Below are positions 37,300 through 49,975 of a stretch of DNA of 64,000 bases, piece by piece. The notes under the pieces are model-generated. The model made no database searches, was not told the origin of the DNA, and saw nothing but the letters and a program-made list of their open reading frames with translations. A program made the position numbers and the translations under genes. Numbering within the stretch: position 1 is the stretch's first letter; each line of letters begins with the position of its first letter. Source of the stretch: Selaginella moellendorffii (lineage: Eukaryota > Plantae > Lycopodiophyta); contig NW_003314298.1 in assembly GCF_000143415.4 (NCBI RefSeq), positions 537,986 through 601,985 on the forward strand, given 5' to 3'.

Positions 37300-38135
37300 T
37301 TGGGACATGCTTCGATGTCGATTCTAGAGTTGTAAGTGGGCTGAAAGATTTCCAGGTTCTCGTGATTCCTCGTTTCTAAGATACTGAAGCACGGGTTTGT
37401 CTCCTCTTGTGCTTTATTGCGGTGGCTCTATTTTGTTTTGCAGCTCCAGTTCACAATCGCTATGCGAATTGATGGACTTTCTTGCACCATAGCTTCCGTA
37501 TGATCAACCTCTGATAAGAGTCTTGGCCATCTGAGGTAAGTAATTCATACTATAATTTTCTATCTGCCAGACAATCCTCCAGATAAGATAATGCATTTCG
37601 CAAAACCGGAATCTAAGCTCAAGAACTCTGAAGAGAATGCTTCCAAAAGTGAGACTCGCCTCGTCCTGTGAAAAGTGAAGCCTGGCGAAAGATTGAGCAG
37701 AATGATAACATTCAAAGTAAGATTTAAGATCCATGTTAGAACATTCTAATGCGAGTCATACTCTTTATGCAGGAGTCAGGCAATTCTGTGCTTCTACGCG
37801 TCACTTGTCGATTCTGGAGTTGTAAATGAGCTCAAAAATTTCAGGTGCTCGTGATTAATCATTTCTATAGACACTGAAGTACGCAGTCGAGGTAACTACA
37901 ATTTTCTAATTGCATCGCATCTGACAATCTCATATAATGCAAACCGGATTCTAAGCTCAAAAGCTCTGAAGAGAATGCTTCCAAAAGTGAGACGCGCCGT
38001 GAAAAGTGAAGCTTGCCGAGAGTCCCTGGCGGAAAGGCTTGAGTGTGACAACATTCAACGTAAGATTTGAGATCCATTTTAGAACATTCTAATACGGGCC
38101 ATACTCTTTATGCAGGAGTCTGGCAATCTTGTGTG
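37300..38135. repeat. Local tandem duplication of the GH3 3' end/3' UTR (two units, ~37310-37790 and ~37805-38130)
   Basis: gtcgattct.gagttgtaa, gaagagaatgcttccaaaagtgagac and atactcttt.atgcaggagtc each occur twice. Confidence 0.8.
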
Positions 38136-39857
38136 ATACCTTCTTGTAGGATGGAAATCATCTCTGGACTGGTGATGCATCTCGGGGTCTTATATTGAGT
38201 GGGATTTGTTCCCTTTTCAAGGCTGTATTGTTGGAGAGCCTTGAATGTCTTACCACGGACGATGCATAACCGAAGTGGACCGATCAAGCCGTTCTCACGA
38301 CGCTGTTTATATCTCTCGGTCAGTGAGGTGTCGAGAACGCAGCAGCAGGTTTCCAGGATTATGGGATTCAGGCTAGCACCATTCTTGAGCTCCCAGAAGA
38401 TCATGTACCTCTGGCCGTCGTGGTGGCAAGTGAAGTCGACGAGCTCCTGTGAAGCAGGCAGGCAGTGCTGAGACTTCTGGACTGCTACCTGTAGCTCGGC
38501 TTCAGTGCTTCTTTCTCTTGCCATATCAAGCACCGCATTGAGACGATGGACGAACGATATGTTAGGAGAGGAGTTGGAACCCGGTTACACGGACGATGTC
38601 CCCAACTTTGTACCGATAAAGTCCTGGTTGCGAAAGACAACTTCCGTGAACAGACGGATTGTTCTACATTTACCGGACCAGGTGCTGACAACGAGCTCGT
38701 ATTCCTCGCCAACCTTCACGTCTACGAGCTTCACGGTGGATCTGTAGCTTTTGGGGATAGGGGAGGAATTCGTAGTATGCATTCTCCGGATGAATGGTGA
38801 AGCTGACGCTCTCAGGTGGACAGAATGGATCCAGGTTGAAGCCGAGAACGCACTCCGTGCAGACGTAGTCTCCAGAAACTATGGGAACGCTTCCTCCATA
38901 TTTTCTTACAGCAAGAGCATACGGTGCCATTCCTCCCGTGGTGATGGTCACTATAACCTTGCTTTTCGGCCACAAGCGCTCTACAATACCGCACCATGTG
39001 TTATCGGCTGTGCATTCCTTGCGAATACTCTGCGCTAGCTTGGGATTTGGCCGTAAGCAGAGCGACAAGGAACTTCTCAAGGTCGGGTCGGTGATCTTCG
39101 AGTTGAGAGTTCCGGTCTGGACGTCATCAGCTAGCTCGCTCCACGCCTCCTCCAACAATCGAAGCGCTTCTACCAGTGTTATAGCCAGTGCTGAGTGACG
39201 TCTTCGGATCGAATGAGGCCGCAAAGCAGGTGGCAGTACAAAGACTGGTTGATATCAGGTGCCAGAAGAAGTTCCATGGGACTGGTGAACATTTTCTTCA
39301 GATTTTCACCTTGGACTTTGAAGGACATTGAGGAGGTTGTCGATACTGGAAGGCCGCCAGGGCTCTTGTTTTCTGGTTTTGCAAACAAAAAGCCGAGACA
39401 CATCGGACTCCATCATATATACCGGCCTGCAGACAACCAGATAGTGGCAAAGTCACAAGCCTTCAGCAACGGATACCGACGGAATAGCAGCTCGAGAGAC
39501 TTCGAAGTAGCAGGAATGAGTTTGGGTTCTCCACTGACTGTGCCGGAGCTGCTATTCGTGGAAAAAAGCACGAGATTGGACTCATCACAAGAACGTTGTC
39601 GCAGCGTACCTCGTGAAGAAACGGACGACTGGCTCGGCAGTAAGAATGGGAGAAGTGTCGCCATTGGCAATGCGCTGGATGTCGTCTGCAACGTCGTGGT
39701 ATTCGATGATGAGAAGGCTGTCGAAGCGGCCTCCATACCTTCGCAGGTACTCGGTCTCGCCGTTGAGCTCCATCATCTGACTAAGCAAGTTCGCTTGCAC
39801 AGCTGCAGCATCCTTGGTCTTGGACTCTATATCGTCCCGGGACAAAGCTGGATCCAT
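38108..39857 (-). pseudogene. GH3 acyl-acid amido synthetase, frameshifted
   Basis: DIQRIANGDTSPILT, SSGTVSGEPKLIP, QSLYCHLLCGL, YVCTEC, YYEFLP, YELVVST, QYKTPRC; frame changes at ~39195 and ~38760 (probably also ~39400) without room for introns. Confidence 0.8.
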
Positions 39858-40011
39858 TGTTGTTGGTGGATTCACAACAGAGGTAGGAGTGCAGAAACTT
39901 TGCATGAAAACTGGCCTTACAGACAGTGTGAGCCATGATGGTGTTGACCAGACAGGTGAGAAGTGGAATTAAGCATTGCGTTTGTTTCTTGGTCATCTAA
40001 CTCCGAAATTT

Positions 40012-41679
40012 ATGGTTGATGCAGTATCCTTCGGAGGATCTTTGGTTGCAGACAACCTCAAAGCAAAACAAAAGGAGTCACAGCGGCAAGCAATTGAAAG
40101 ATATGCATCTCTCATAAGGGAATGTTCCGGCGAAGGAACTTTGGCACAGGGAAAGTGTGTACACTCGCAACTTGTCTCGGATGGCTGGGGGCATGTCACC
40201 TTTCTCCAAAATCTCCTGGTGGAGATGTATGGCAGGTGCGGGAGCCTCTCTGAGGCTTTGTCGGTGTTCCAGGGGATCGAGATGCCCAGCATTTTCTCGT
40301 GGACGCTGGTGATCGCAGCAAGTTCCCGCAACGGGGACTTTGGAGGCGCCTTGGATCTCATCCGGAGAATGCTGCTGGGTGGAGTGAAGCCAGACGAGGC
40401 TGCTCTTGTAGCGGTTGTCAACGTTGCTGCTGGTCTGGAAGACATTTCATTCTCAAGACAAGTTCATGCCTGGGTTGTGGAAGCTAGACATGGCTGCGAG
40501 CTCGTTGTTGGGAACGCATTGATCAGCATGCACTGGAAGTGCCGGGACAGTGGCTGGGCAGAGCGAGTGTTCTACGGCATGCAAGAGACCGATGTGATCA
40601 GTTGGACGTCTATGGCTGCTGCCTATGCTCAGAACGGACAGCACGCAGAGACTCTTCAGCTGTTCCGCAAGATGGACGTGGAAGGTGTCAAGCGCAACTT
40701 TGTCACGTTCGTGACGCTGGTCGAAGCTTGCACACGGTTCCTGGACTTGGAGAATGGAAGGGTGACGCACTCGAGAATCAAAAGCTCCGGTTTCTGCTCG
40801 GTGGTGATCGTCAGCAACAGCCTCATCCACATGTATACGAAGTGTGGAGATTTGGCGAGTGCCATCGACGTGTTTCGAGGCATGGGGGACAGGAACACAA
40901 TCTCCTGGACTGCTATGGTTGCTGCTTACACTCAACACGGTCACTGCAACGAGGCAATCAAGCATTTCCAGTTCATGGACTTGGAAGGTGTGAAGCCCGA
41001 CGTTGTGACTCTGGTGGCCGTCGTTCATGCCTGCGGGGGCGTCATGGTGCTGTCCAAGGCCAGGGAGATCCACGCTCGGGTTTCCGACAGTGGCTACTTC
41101 AACTCCAACGTTCCTCTGGCCAATGCTGTGATAAGCATGTATGGCAGATGTGGAGGCCTGGACGACGCAAGAGATTGCTTCAGAAGGTTGAGGTTGAAGA
41201 ACACGATATCGTGGAGTTCTCTCATTGCAATCTATGCGCAAGACGGACAAGGCGAGGAGGCGATCCGGCTGTTTAAGCTGATGGTTCTGGATGGAGTGAG
41301 GCCGAATTCTAGCAGCTGCGCCAGCCTCTTGTCCGCTTACAGCCACGAAGGTGACGTTCACGACTGCCGAGAGTGCTTCGCAGCTATAGCAAGTGACTTC
41401 GGCCTGGAACCAACGAAGGATCACTTTGCCGGCGTGGTTGATCTCCTGGCAAGGCTTGGAATGCTGGACAGAGCCTTGGAGCTGATCAACACAATGCCGT
41501 TTGTCCCAGACGTGGCGGTGTTCTTGGCTTTGCTATCAGCGTGCTGCGTCCACGAGGACTTGGAGCTGGGAAGCGCCGCGGCAGAGCAAGCGTCTGGGCT
41601 GGATCCAGCGGACGAGTCACCTTACGTGCTGCTGTCCAACGTTTACGCTGCGCTGGGAGTGTGGGGCGAGGCGTTGTGA
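40012..41679 (+). CDS. PLS-class pentatricopeptide repeat protein, E subgroup, no DYW
   Basis: P-L-S triplets (NALISMHWKC, VISWTSM, GVKPDVVT), HFAGVVDLLARLG..MPFVPD..LLSAC, PYVLLSNVYA. Confidence 0.95.
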   Translation: MVDAVSFGGSLVADNLKAKQKESQRQAIERYASLIRECSGEGTLAQGKCVHSQLVSDGWGHVTFLQNLLVEMYGRCGSLSEALSVFQGIEMPSIFSWTLVIAASSRNGDFGGALDLIRRMLLGGVKPDEAALVAVVNVAAGLEDISFSRQVHAWVVEARHGCELVVGNALISMHWKCRDSGWAERVFYGMQETDVISWTSMAAAYAQNGQHAETLQLFRKMDVEGVKRNFVTFVTLVEACTRFLDLENGRVTHSRIKSSGFCSVVIVSNSLIHMYTKCGDLASAIDVFRGMGDRNTISWTAMVAAYTQHGHCNEAIKHFQFMDLEGVKPDVVTLVAVVHACGGVMVLSKAREIHARVSDSGYFNSNVPLANAVISMYGRCGGLDDARDCFRRLRLKNTISWSSLIAIYAQDGQGEEAIRLFKLMVLDGVRPNSSSCASLLSAYSHEGDVHDCRECFAAIASDFGLEPTKDHFAGVVDLLARLGMLDRALELINTMPFVPDVAVFLALLSACCVHEDLELGSAAAEQASGLDPADESPYVLLSNVYAALGVWGEAL

Positions 41680-41935
41680 TTCCTGGAGATCGACCAAGGA
41701 AGAAAGAGCACGGTATGTTTTCGAGTTCTAGACTTGAAATTCTTCATTCCTTCCAATTCTTTCAGCTGTGATTCCTAGAGATCGAAACCAAACTTAAATT
41801 CTTTCAACTTTGGAGGTGCTGTGGTTGCTGGAGATCGAGCATGGAAGAGCACGGTACGTAAAGCTCTAGACTTAAAATTCTTGATTCCTTACGAGGTCTT
41901 TCAGCTGTGATTCGAAACTTGCAATTCTTCCTGGT
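41675..41935 (+). repeat. Short imperfect tandem repeat in the PPR 3' region
   Basis: tgtgattcct.gagatcga, agagcacggta, ctagactt.aaattctt and ctttcagctgtgattc recur 2-3 times. Confidence 0.7.
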
Positions 41936-42125
41936 AAGAGCATGGTTTTGTATCCATCGGAAGCTTTCCATTGGAACACTTGAGAGCTTTCCATTGGAGC
42001 GATAAGTTTATGTTGGTTTCTTCGTCATCATCTTTCTTATTTTTCTAGCAATGGCTACAAAATTTGCTATTGTTCTCTTGTCTAAGCAAAGATTGTACAG
42101 GGAAGTCGTCCTTCCTCGTCGTTTT

Positions 42126-44898
42126 TCACGGAGCAAGCACCAGAACCTTGATCGTCCCTTGGCTGTTTGCCGCAAGCATCGTTGGGCTATCGCTCTTCCA
42201 GCACACAGCACTGATGAAGTGGAACACATCGTCGTCGCTCTCCTCCGAGTCATGGTTTGTGAATCTGTGCCTTGCTGCTGGCTTGGGAACTTCCTGCTCG
42301 CAACAAACAAACAAAAGCCTCAGATTGATTCTCTTTTTCTCTAGAATCAATCAAATGGACTTACTTTGTGATACACCACGACTTCGTTCGTTTCACTACC
42401 GCACGCAATGTACTCGCTGTTAACTGTCAAGCCTACAAAGTTCTTCTCGTTAGCATGGCCTGTGAGGCTGCGTATCTGCATAGACAAAGCACGGTGTTTG
42501 ATTTGATCGATCAGGAAACCTTCGAGCTAAAGAGCTGTAGAGATATGCATACCTGGGAGCTCTTCTGGACGTCCCACAATCGCAGTGTACTGTCAGTGGA
42601 AGCCGAGGCCAACTCGTTGGGCGATACAAACTTTACATACGAGACGGCTTTTCGGTGGCCGCTAAAGACATGTAGAGGCGACTTGGAGTTCCGGAGATCG
42701 TAATAGTGGATATGATGATCGGCCGAGCCCACCTAGAAAAAGTAAACCAAGGCACTGTCAAACACAACAAGAATTTTTGCTAGTTGAAAGAAATACCGCG
42801 ACAAAATTGCTAGATCCGGGATTGTATTTGACACAGCAAATGTTTGCCTTCATGTCAATGTTCAGGACACTTGTCTCCTGCCTGGTGCACCACAGCTTGA
42901 CCTGTGCGTCAAAAACACAAACAGGGAATTCGGGTGTGTAAGTAATAATAAAACACTACCTTTCCGTCGTCACTCCCAGACACTAGCATTGTCGGGTCCG
43001 TCCTGGAGAAATCGACGCTCCAGGCTCTTCTCTCGTGCTCTTCGTACTCCATGACACTCTGCAAGGAGAAACGTACAAAAGTAAACAAACAAGCAAAGAA
43101 AGAGTTCCCAAGAGACAACTACCTGGCAAGAATTTACATCCCAAACAGTTACAGTGCCTTCATAATCGCTGCTCGCGATTTGTCCCTTGATGTACTTGTT
43201 CCAACTTAGGCAGCTTAGCTTTGACCGCGTAGACATCTCGGCGACAGGACAATGGACGTCTGCAAGCTCGTTGACAACCTGTTAGAAAAAACAAAGTATT
43301 AGAAAACAAAAATCACATGCTCACATACCGTTGCAAATTCGAAAATTTTGATTCGCCGCGAAACTCCTGCAGTGGCAAATAGTTCGTCGTCCCTGTCAAA
43401 TTCAATACTGAAAACAATACACCACTGGTGTTAGAAACTCTAGAGATAATTGAAGACCTCACCTTGAAACAATGTTAGAAGAATGAAATAAGTCTCCGTG
43501 TCGTAGCTCAGCCACCAGCTCCAAACGACTAAGCAAAAATCCAGCTTGAGAAAAACCTTCAAGAAAAGAAGAAAAGTGAAGGTACCTATATCTGGTGAAG
43601 CCAGCGAGAATGGATCTAAAGTCCTCAAGGCCCGAAGGTTGATTAAACCCACCACAGGCTTCTTCGTCTTTCTCCTTTTTAACAATGGCTTCAAACTTTT
43701 TCATCTGACGATCACGTCGTCTCTTATTCAAGTAACAATCTTGCAAGTCTTCAAACTGTCAGATCAGATCCAGAACATAACATTAGTCGCCACTTTCACT
43801 GCACTGAGACACACCATACCTGGTTTAGCATCCTCTTTTTCTTTGCGGTCTTACAAGGCAGCGGTTCAAAGTCAGAGGTACCATTTGAAGTGCCACCATT
43901 CTTCTTCACGAGAGGACCTCTCGTTGCTTTCCTTTGTTCTCCACCGAGCAAGGCTGCCCCTGCTTGGCCGACACGATGCAAGGGAACCGCAGGACGGTTG
44001 TACGGGTTCTCTTGAGCCGGACAGTCGAGAGCCGGGCAGTCAAGAAGAAAGCGCCACTTCAGCGAGCTTGTTTGTCTCGATTTGAGCAGCTCCTGCCTCT
44101 GGATCTCAACAGTAGAGATGTCCTCCCTCAGCGACTGCAAGTCCCCTTGAATCTGAGAAACAAGACGGTTAGCATTTGCTCATCTTACAAATCTCTGGTC
44201 GGTGTCATCCCAAATGACTCACGACAACTGACCTCAGAAAGTTCTTCCATCTTTTGCTGCCTAGATCTCTGCAAAAACTCGAGAAGAACCTCCATGTTCA
44301 CCTCGGCTTCCTCGTGCTCGGCTTTTCGCTTCTTATCGCTCAACAAAACCAGCAATGAATCGATCTCTTTGAGTGGAACGTCGACGCCCTGTGGGAAAAA
44401 AGAATCGAAATCACGCTATAGCAAAGAAGACCACAAACCTGTTGTAGAGCAAAACGAAGCTGCTCTGTCGGGGACGCACACGAGATTTGCGACGTAGCAA
44501 CCTTCTTAAGTATCTGCATGGAAAGACCATTGGTTTTTTAGATTTAGCACGAAGAACAACGTAAAAACAAAAGAACAAGAAAAGATCTAAGGAAAGAGGG
44601 GAAAACTTACTTTGTTCAATAGAAAATTGGGGTAAAGCTGACTGCTAGTGAGGTAGACTCCACAGCACGGGCAGTTCTTCTTGTTGTTGAGGTGCGTGAT
44701 GATACACATGTAGCAAAAGCTGTGGCCGCAAGCCGTGAGAAACGCATCCTTCATCGTCTGGATGCAAATCGGGCACTGGAAATCCTTATCCGCCAACAGC
44801 CGCGGCCCTTGCTGCTGCTGTTGCTGCTGTTGCTGCTCGGACGAGAAACTCATCGGCTCCTTCTTGATACACATTGCTCTTGATCGCGCTACATCCAT
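42126..44898 (-). CDS. COP1: E3 ubiquitin ligase COP1 (RING - coiled coil - WD40), multi-exon
   Basis: [123 protein letters not shown]. Confidence 0.97.
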
Positions 44899-45247
44899 AC
44901 CCGAGCCCAGCAGCCGCGCCTAAAATCTCGTCTCAAGGACAAATGCCGCCAAGATTTCCATTCCAATCCTCGCCAATCCCTAGCTGCGAATCCCGGATCA
45001 TCGAAATTCCTTCCCGCTGCTCCTGGTGGAGAGAAATATTTACCTATCCCGCCGCGGCGCCAAGAATCATCCAAATCTCAGCTCGAATTCTTGCGAGCCA
45101 GGGATTCACGCGGCTGCCGTGGCTATAGATCGTCCGCCATAGCCGTCGAGGACGAGACGCTCCACCAGAAAGAAGCGCGGCCAAACATAATTTCCACCCT
45201 CAGAAACTTATACCCGGCCTCGAGAAAAATGCCTTAAAGGCGAAGGC

Positions 45248-45572
45248 TGATGACGTGGGGGCGCCCGCGTCCGTCCAGATCGGGATGGAGCTAACGGCGC
45301 GATGTGCATGTGCGTAACGCCAGCAACGACCACGGAACCAAAATGGCGGGGGTGGCTGACTGTGGCGCGAGTGGCCGGAAATATCCCGTTGGGCACGGTG
45401 CCAGCTCAGGCCCAATCAAGAATGGCGGCCAATGGGAGCGAGGCTTCTGATTACAGGCGTGACGTGGACGGCCTGGGGCCTTTGTTTTCGATACGGTATG
45501 ACAAGGGAAATCTGTGGGTCGTCGTACGATCTGACGGCCTCTTTTATTTTCTGTATCCGACGGTCACGATTT
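45248..45572. promoter_or_regulatory. COP1 upstream region with ACGT elements and CCAAT boxes
   Basis: TGACGTGG at 45251 and 45460; CCAAT at ~45412 and ~45429; GATCTGACGG/ATCCGACGG motifs at 45528-45563. Confidence 0.45.
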
Positions 45573-48500
45573 GATGATGACAGGTAAACTTTATTGAAAC
45601 TTCCAAATACAAAATGCCTAGTATATTCTTTGATTCTATTTCACTTGGAAATTGTAGTTCAAGAATGGAAGGTGGACCAACAATAGCTGATGTTTTTGAA
45701 CTTCTTTATGGATTTGGTAGTTTATGGATGTTTTCTGAATCAAATTCTTGACAAAAAGATCAAGGTAATACAACTTGAATTTCATCTTACACAAGAAAAA
45801 AAGTTTGTTATACATTGTTCATGCCTATAGAAGTCCAAGTCTTATAGTGTGCAAATTGTAAATGTAGTTGTTTTCACACATGCCACAAAGATGTATGCCA
45901 CTTGGCATGCCCATTGCCATGTGTTCTTATGCCATTGGCCAGTGTCAGTTTTTGAATGGCCATAGCTTTCAGATGGCCATAAAATGGGTATGGATAGCAC
46001 AAACATGGGTGTCAGCCATTTGTGCTTACAACTCAAATGTATGTATATATAACCATTTGTGTGTTTGGCCTTTGATTTGTGTTTGTTAACTTAGGGATTA
46101 GTCAGTATCTATGTTGTAACAGTGTTGTCCATAGTAGTTCATGTTCTATTGCTCTATTCCAGAAGGTATACTTAATTTTTCTATTTTTCACTAACTCTAT
46201 GATTTATTTTGTGATAAATAAAATACTCCAATTCTATAAGACTTTATCTTCGTATTTAACAAAAATGTATTTATTATCTTTCTAAGGTTTATTAGAAAAA
46301 GAAGATGCATCAAACATTGAGAGTGAAAAGGGTGAAATTTATAAGGTAATCCCACATATCAATGCAAATAGTATTTATATTTGATCAAATTTACATTATA
46401 ATAGTCATTTGAAAGTTTCATACATTCAAGAGGATTCAACAATCCTGTTATATTTAGCACTAGGATGACCCTCAAGACTATAAAAATGAAGACAATGGAC
46501 TTCTTAGTAAGCTATCTTTAAATTTTTCAACCCACATTGCATAAGTATAGCTTGTCAATCCATATTAAAGTGGTACATACTACCATTTTCCTTCATATAA
46601 AGTACATTCAAACTAACATGGCTATGAATTATGTGGGTATAACATGGGTATTATCAATTCTTGCTCAAGTTGTCAAATGGCAAAACATCATTTTAGTTGT
46701 TGTCAAATTTGCAATACTTTATATACAACCCAATACAATTGCATGATAGGCATCTCAAAAAATTTGACAATAAATATATACAAATGAAGCCTTCTATATT
46801 GTGCTATATGAATTGTGAGTAATATTTCATTATACCAATTTATTTTTAAACCCAAGCATTTGACATTGTGTTATTATTGTAAGCTTATGACATATAGATT
46901 TTACATCCATGCAATGATATCACATTTTTATTATAGCATATGAACTTTCAACGACAAAACAATCTTACAATCTACATACTAAAAAATGTCACAGCATAAT
47001 TATGTGTCGAAGAAGATGATGGTGGTGGTTTATACTCATGAAAGTGCCTTTAAATGATAAAAACTCTTTTTCAACAGAAACAATCATCACCTCAAAAACT
47101 AAGTATTTGTGAATATGAAAAAATAAGTTGCATTATCACAATGCCATTATTCATTGGCACATCATGAAAGCAATAGAAAGAACCTTCCAAGTTAAATTAA
47201 GACTATGAATTTTACTTTTGGCTATACTTTTCACCAACTATTGTTTTAGCCTTTGCAAAGCCATATTAAAAATCAGTTAGATTTGGTCTATAGAGTTTTG
47301 GAATTAAATTCCTCCACTTCTCCAAGTTATTTTTGTTATTTGGCATAAAGTGCATAATTTGGGAAAGCCTCATATGAATTTGCACTACCTTGATTTTTAT
47401 ACTTCTTTTTGTCTTGAACTTAAAGGCTTAGATGTAATTAACACCACCACAACCTCCATTGTCGACATCCTGAAAGATGAATGCTACTTTATTGGTGTTA
47501 GTGTGCATAGGGATTGTATGCTTCCTCCATCTATTATATCCCTAACATACAACTTGCTCATGTCACTTGCTAATATTACCAATTGCCTATACGATCCTTA
47601 TTTCATCTCCCATTTGAGCCCTAAACTATATCCAACCCTAGAACCCTAATGCTTCCAATTCAATCTTTTCTAGCAAGGCTTCACGATTGGATGTTAAATT
47701 CTTAAAGCATTTCAATGAGGAAGTTCCTATTACACAACACCTACAATAAACAATTAGAAACCACATCCAAAAACACAATAGAAAACACACTCATAATCCT
47801 AACCAAGAAACAAGACCACAAGAATTTAATATCAAAGAAAGTGACAAGCTATAGAAAGCAATGGCTCTGATAAAAAGCATAAAAAGTAAACTTATCTATA
47901 CTTTATTTCACTCCTATTGCTCCTAATATTATTTCCACCCATGTATCTAGTAAGACCCACAAACAGAATAGGACCTATGTATGGAAGATCTTTGCACCAC
48001 TCCAAGCTACAAAACCCTCACCAAACTAACACCATAACATTCATGGGAAATATGCCTTCCAAAATTAGATGCTGTTAAAGTCCTCTTGACTTGTAGCTTT
48101 CGAAAAACATTCACCATGGCTTTGTTCCTATAAAACCAATACAACAGCCAATAAAAAAATTAAACAAAGTCATATATGAAAGATGAGGAGAAGAACAAAA
48201 GCCACTTCATCCCATGTTTAAAGGCATTTTACTAGTGATTCTTGGATTTAGATCATGGAGTGTCCTTTACAGAGGATGTCACTGCATATAAGTGGCAACA
48301 CAGTGGCCACAGGCCAATTCTCCCTCGTGTTTCTCCTGGAGAATCTCGTGGCAGGATCTATCTGCAGTGCTTTTGCAGGCATCAAGACTAAGGGCTTTTT
48401 GTTAAATTTCCAACTGGGACTTGTTCTTAATGTTAACTTGATCGAACTGTTGGCAGCCATCAGATCGAGTCAAGTTCTCTGCGAAAACGTGGCTGACAAT

Positions 48501-49821
48501 TGCCAGGTTCTCCAAAATCTAGCTGCCAGCTGCCAGCCCTCTCATCCTCTGATAACGTTATTCCACGTGTCCGTTAATGGTCTCGCCACAGCCCGTTAAG
48601 GCCGTTCCCGGGCACGGAACGTGCTCGCCCTACCCGGGAACTGCCTCTTGACGACATGGTCATTATCGGTTTCTTCCTTGAGAACGTGTTCTTCTCTCTT
48701 GGCGACAGTGGCGGCTGCCCCGCGGATCGACTCTCAAAAGCGGAAAACGAGAAGACTTTTCTCGTTGAGATCTTCACTTAATTCTTGTACAACTTCCTCC
48801 AAGCTCTCACCCAAGATTCTCTGCTTCGTTGCCTCCAAGCTCTGCCCATCATTGTTTGGCACTTGGGCCACTTGAATTGCCACTCCTGCAAGCACCCAAC
48901 TCGCCGAATTCCCCGCAAAGGTCTAGGGGGTATCATTGTGCCAGGCAATGTGATCGTGTCAAGTGTGCTTAGTGAAGTCTTTCTTGTGAGGGAAGTTTTC
49001 GATGCGCTCTACAACGAGATTGTTACGCGAGTTCCTCCTGTGCCACTTGAACAGGAATCCCGGTGTGGGCAAGTCCGCATTTCTGTGGTACTTCATCATC
49101 TGGACGGGGATTGAACGGCCACAGTCAGTCATTCTCTACGAGACGAGATCGAATCGCCTGAAGTTACCTTCCATCTGATCAACCAACAGAGCTCTCCTGA
49201 CTGAATTGGCAACCGAGTTCTTCTTGCTGCCTTGTTGGACGAGCACAACTCCAGAGCCATGAGGAAACTTCGTCACACGTACACACGCTATCTGCCTCCA
49301 TGGGAGAGTTCGGTTTGCTTGTGGAAGTTGCGAGCGGACAAGATGGCCCCTAGAGACGCAAACGAGATCAAGGAGAAGATGCAGGCTGCCGACTTAGCAT
49401 TCTCTTGGTTGGGTGGCATCCCAAGTTTTCTGTGGGATCATGAGCCTGGAACGCTCACACGTTCAAATGCAAGGAAGTGCCTGGCCAACACCAAGCTCAG
49501 GAAAGTGTCTAGCATCCTGCAGAGCTCTGCCGACCTCTCGTAGACGCTGTTCCACTTCAACGTGATGCCTAGCTGCTGTTTCAGTTGTTTCCAATATACA
49601 TTTTGCTCGGGGAAGGTGGCCACTCTCTACTCTGGGTGTGTAGAACCAATGTGGACAAAATCCGCAGCTTTCTCAAGGCTTCAGCAAGTACTCGGTGCTG
49701 AGGGGCTTCGTTTTTTAGCAGTATGTGATTAGACAAGCGTTGGCACTGGACATTATGGTATACCGATGGTAAGATGTTAATAATTTTTCACCTTTTGATG
49801 CTTTTTATCTGCGTGTTTTAG

Positions 49822-49975
49822 GTTGACACTGCTTGTTGCCAATGTTGTGATGATCGAGGTAAGGGTAAGATGATTCAATGTGCAACTTGTCGCAAGTGGT
49901 ATCATACTAAATGTGTTGTTAGGGAATTTGAGTTCAGAATTTGATTTCAAATATGAGTGTGGAAATTGTCAAAAT
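49822..49975 (+). pseudogene. PHD-finger exon relic within a degenerate gene (about 49750-50900)
   Basis: After a tttag acceptor: CCQCC..MIQCATCRKWYHTKCV, then a frameshift, then FKYECGNC = C4HC3 pattern. Confidence 0.7.

Noticed and set aside
28647-44898. COP1 and an NPH3-family gene as a light-signalling cluster
   Set aside because: About 11 kb apart with unrelated genes between; NRL genes are a large family, so proximity is not evidence
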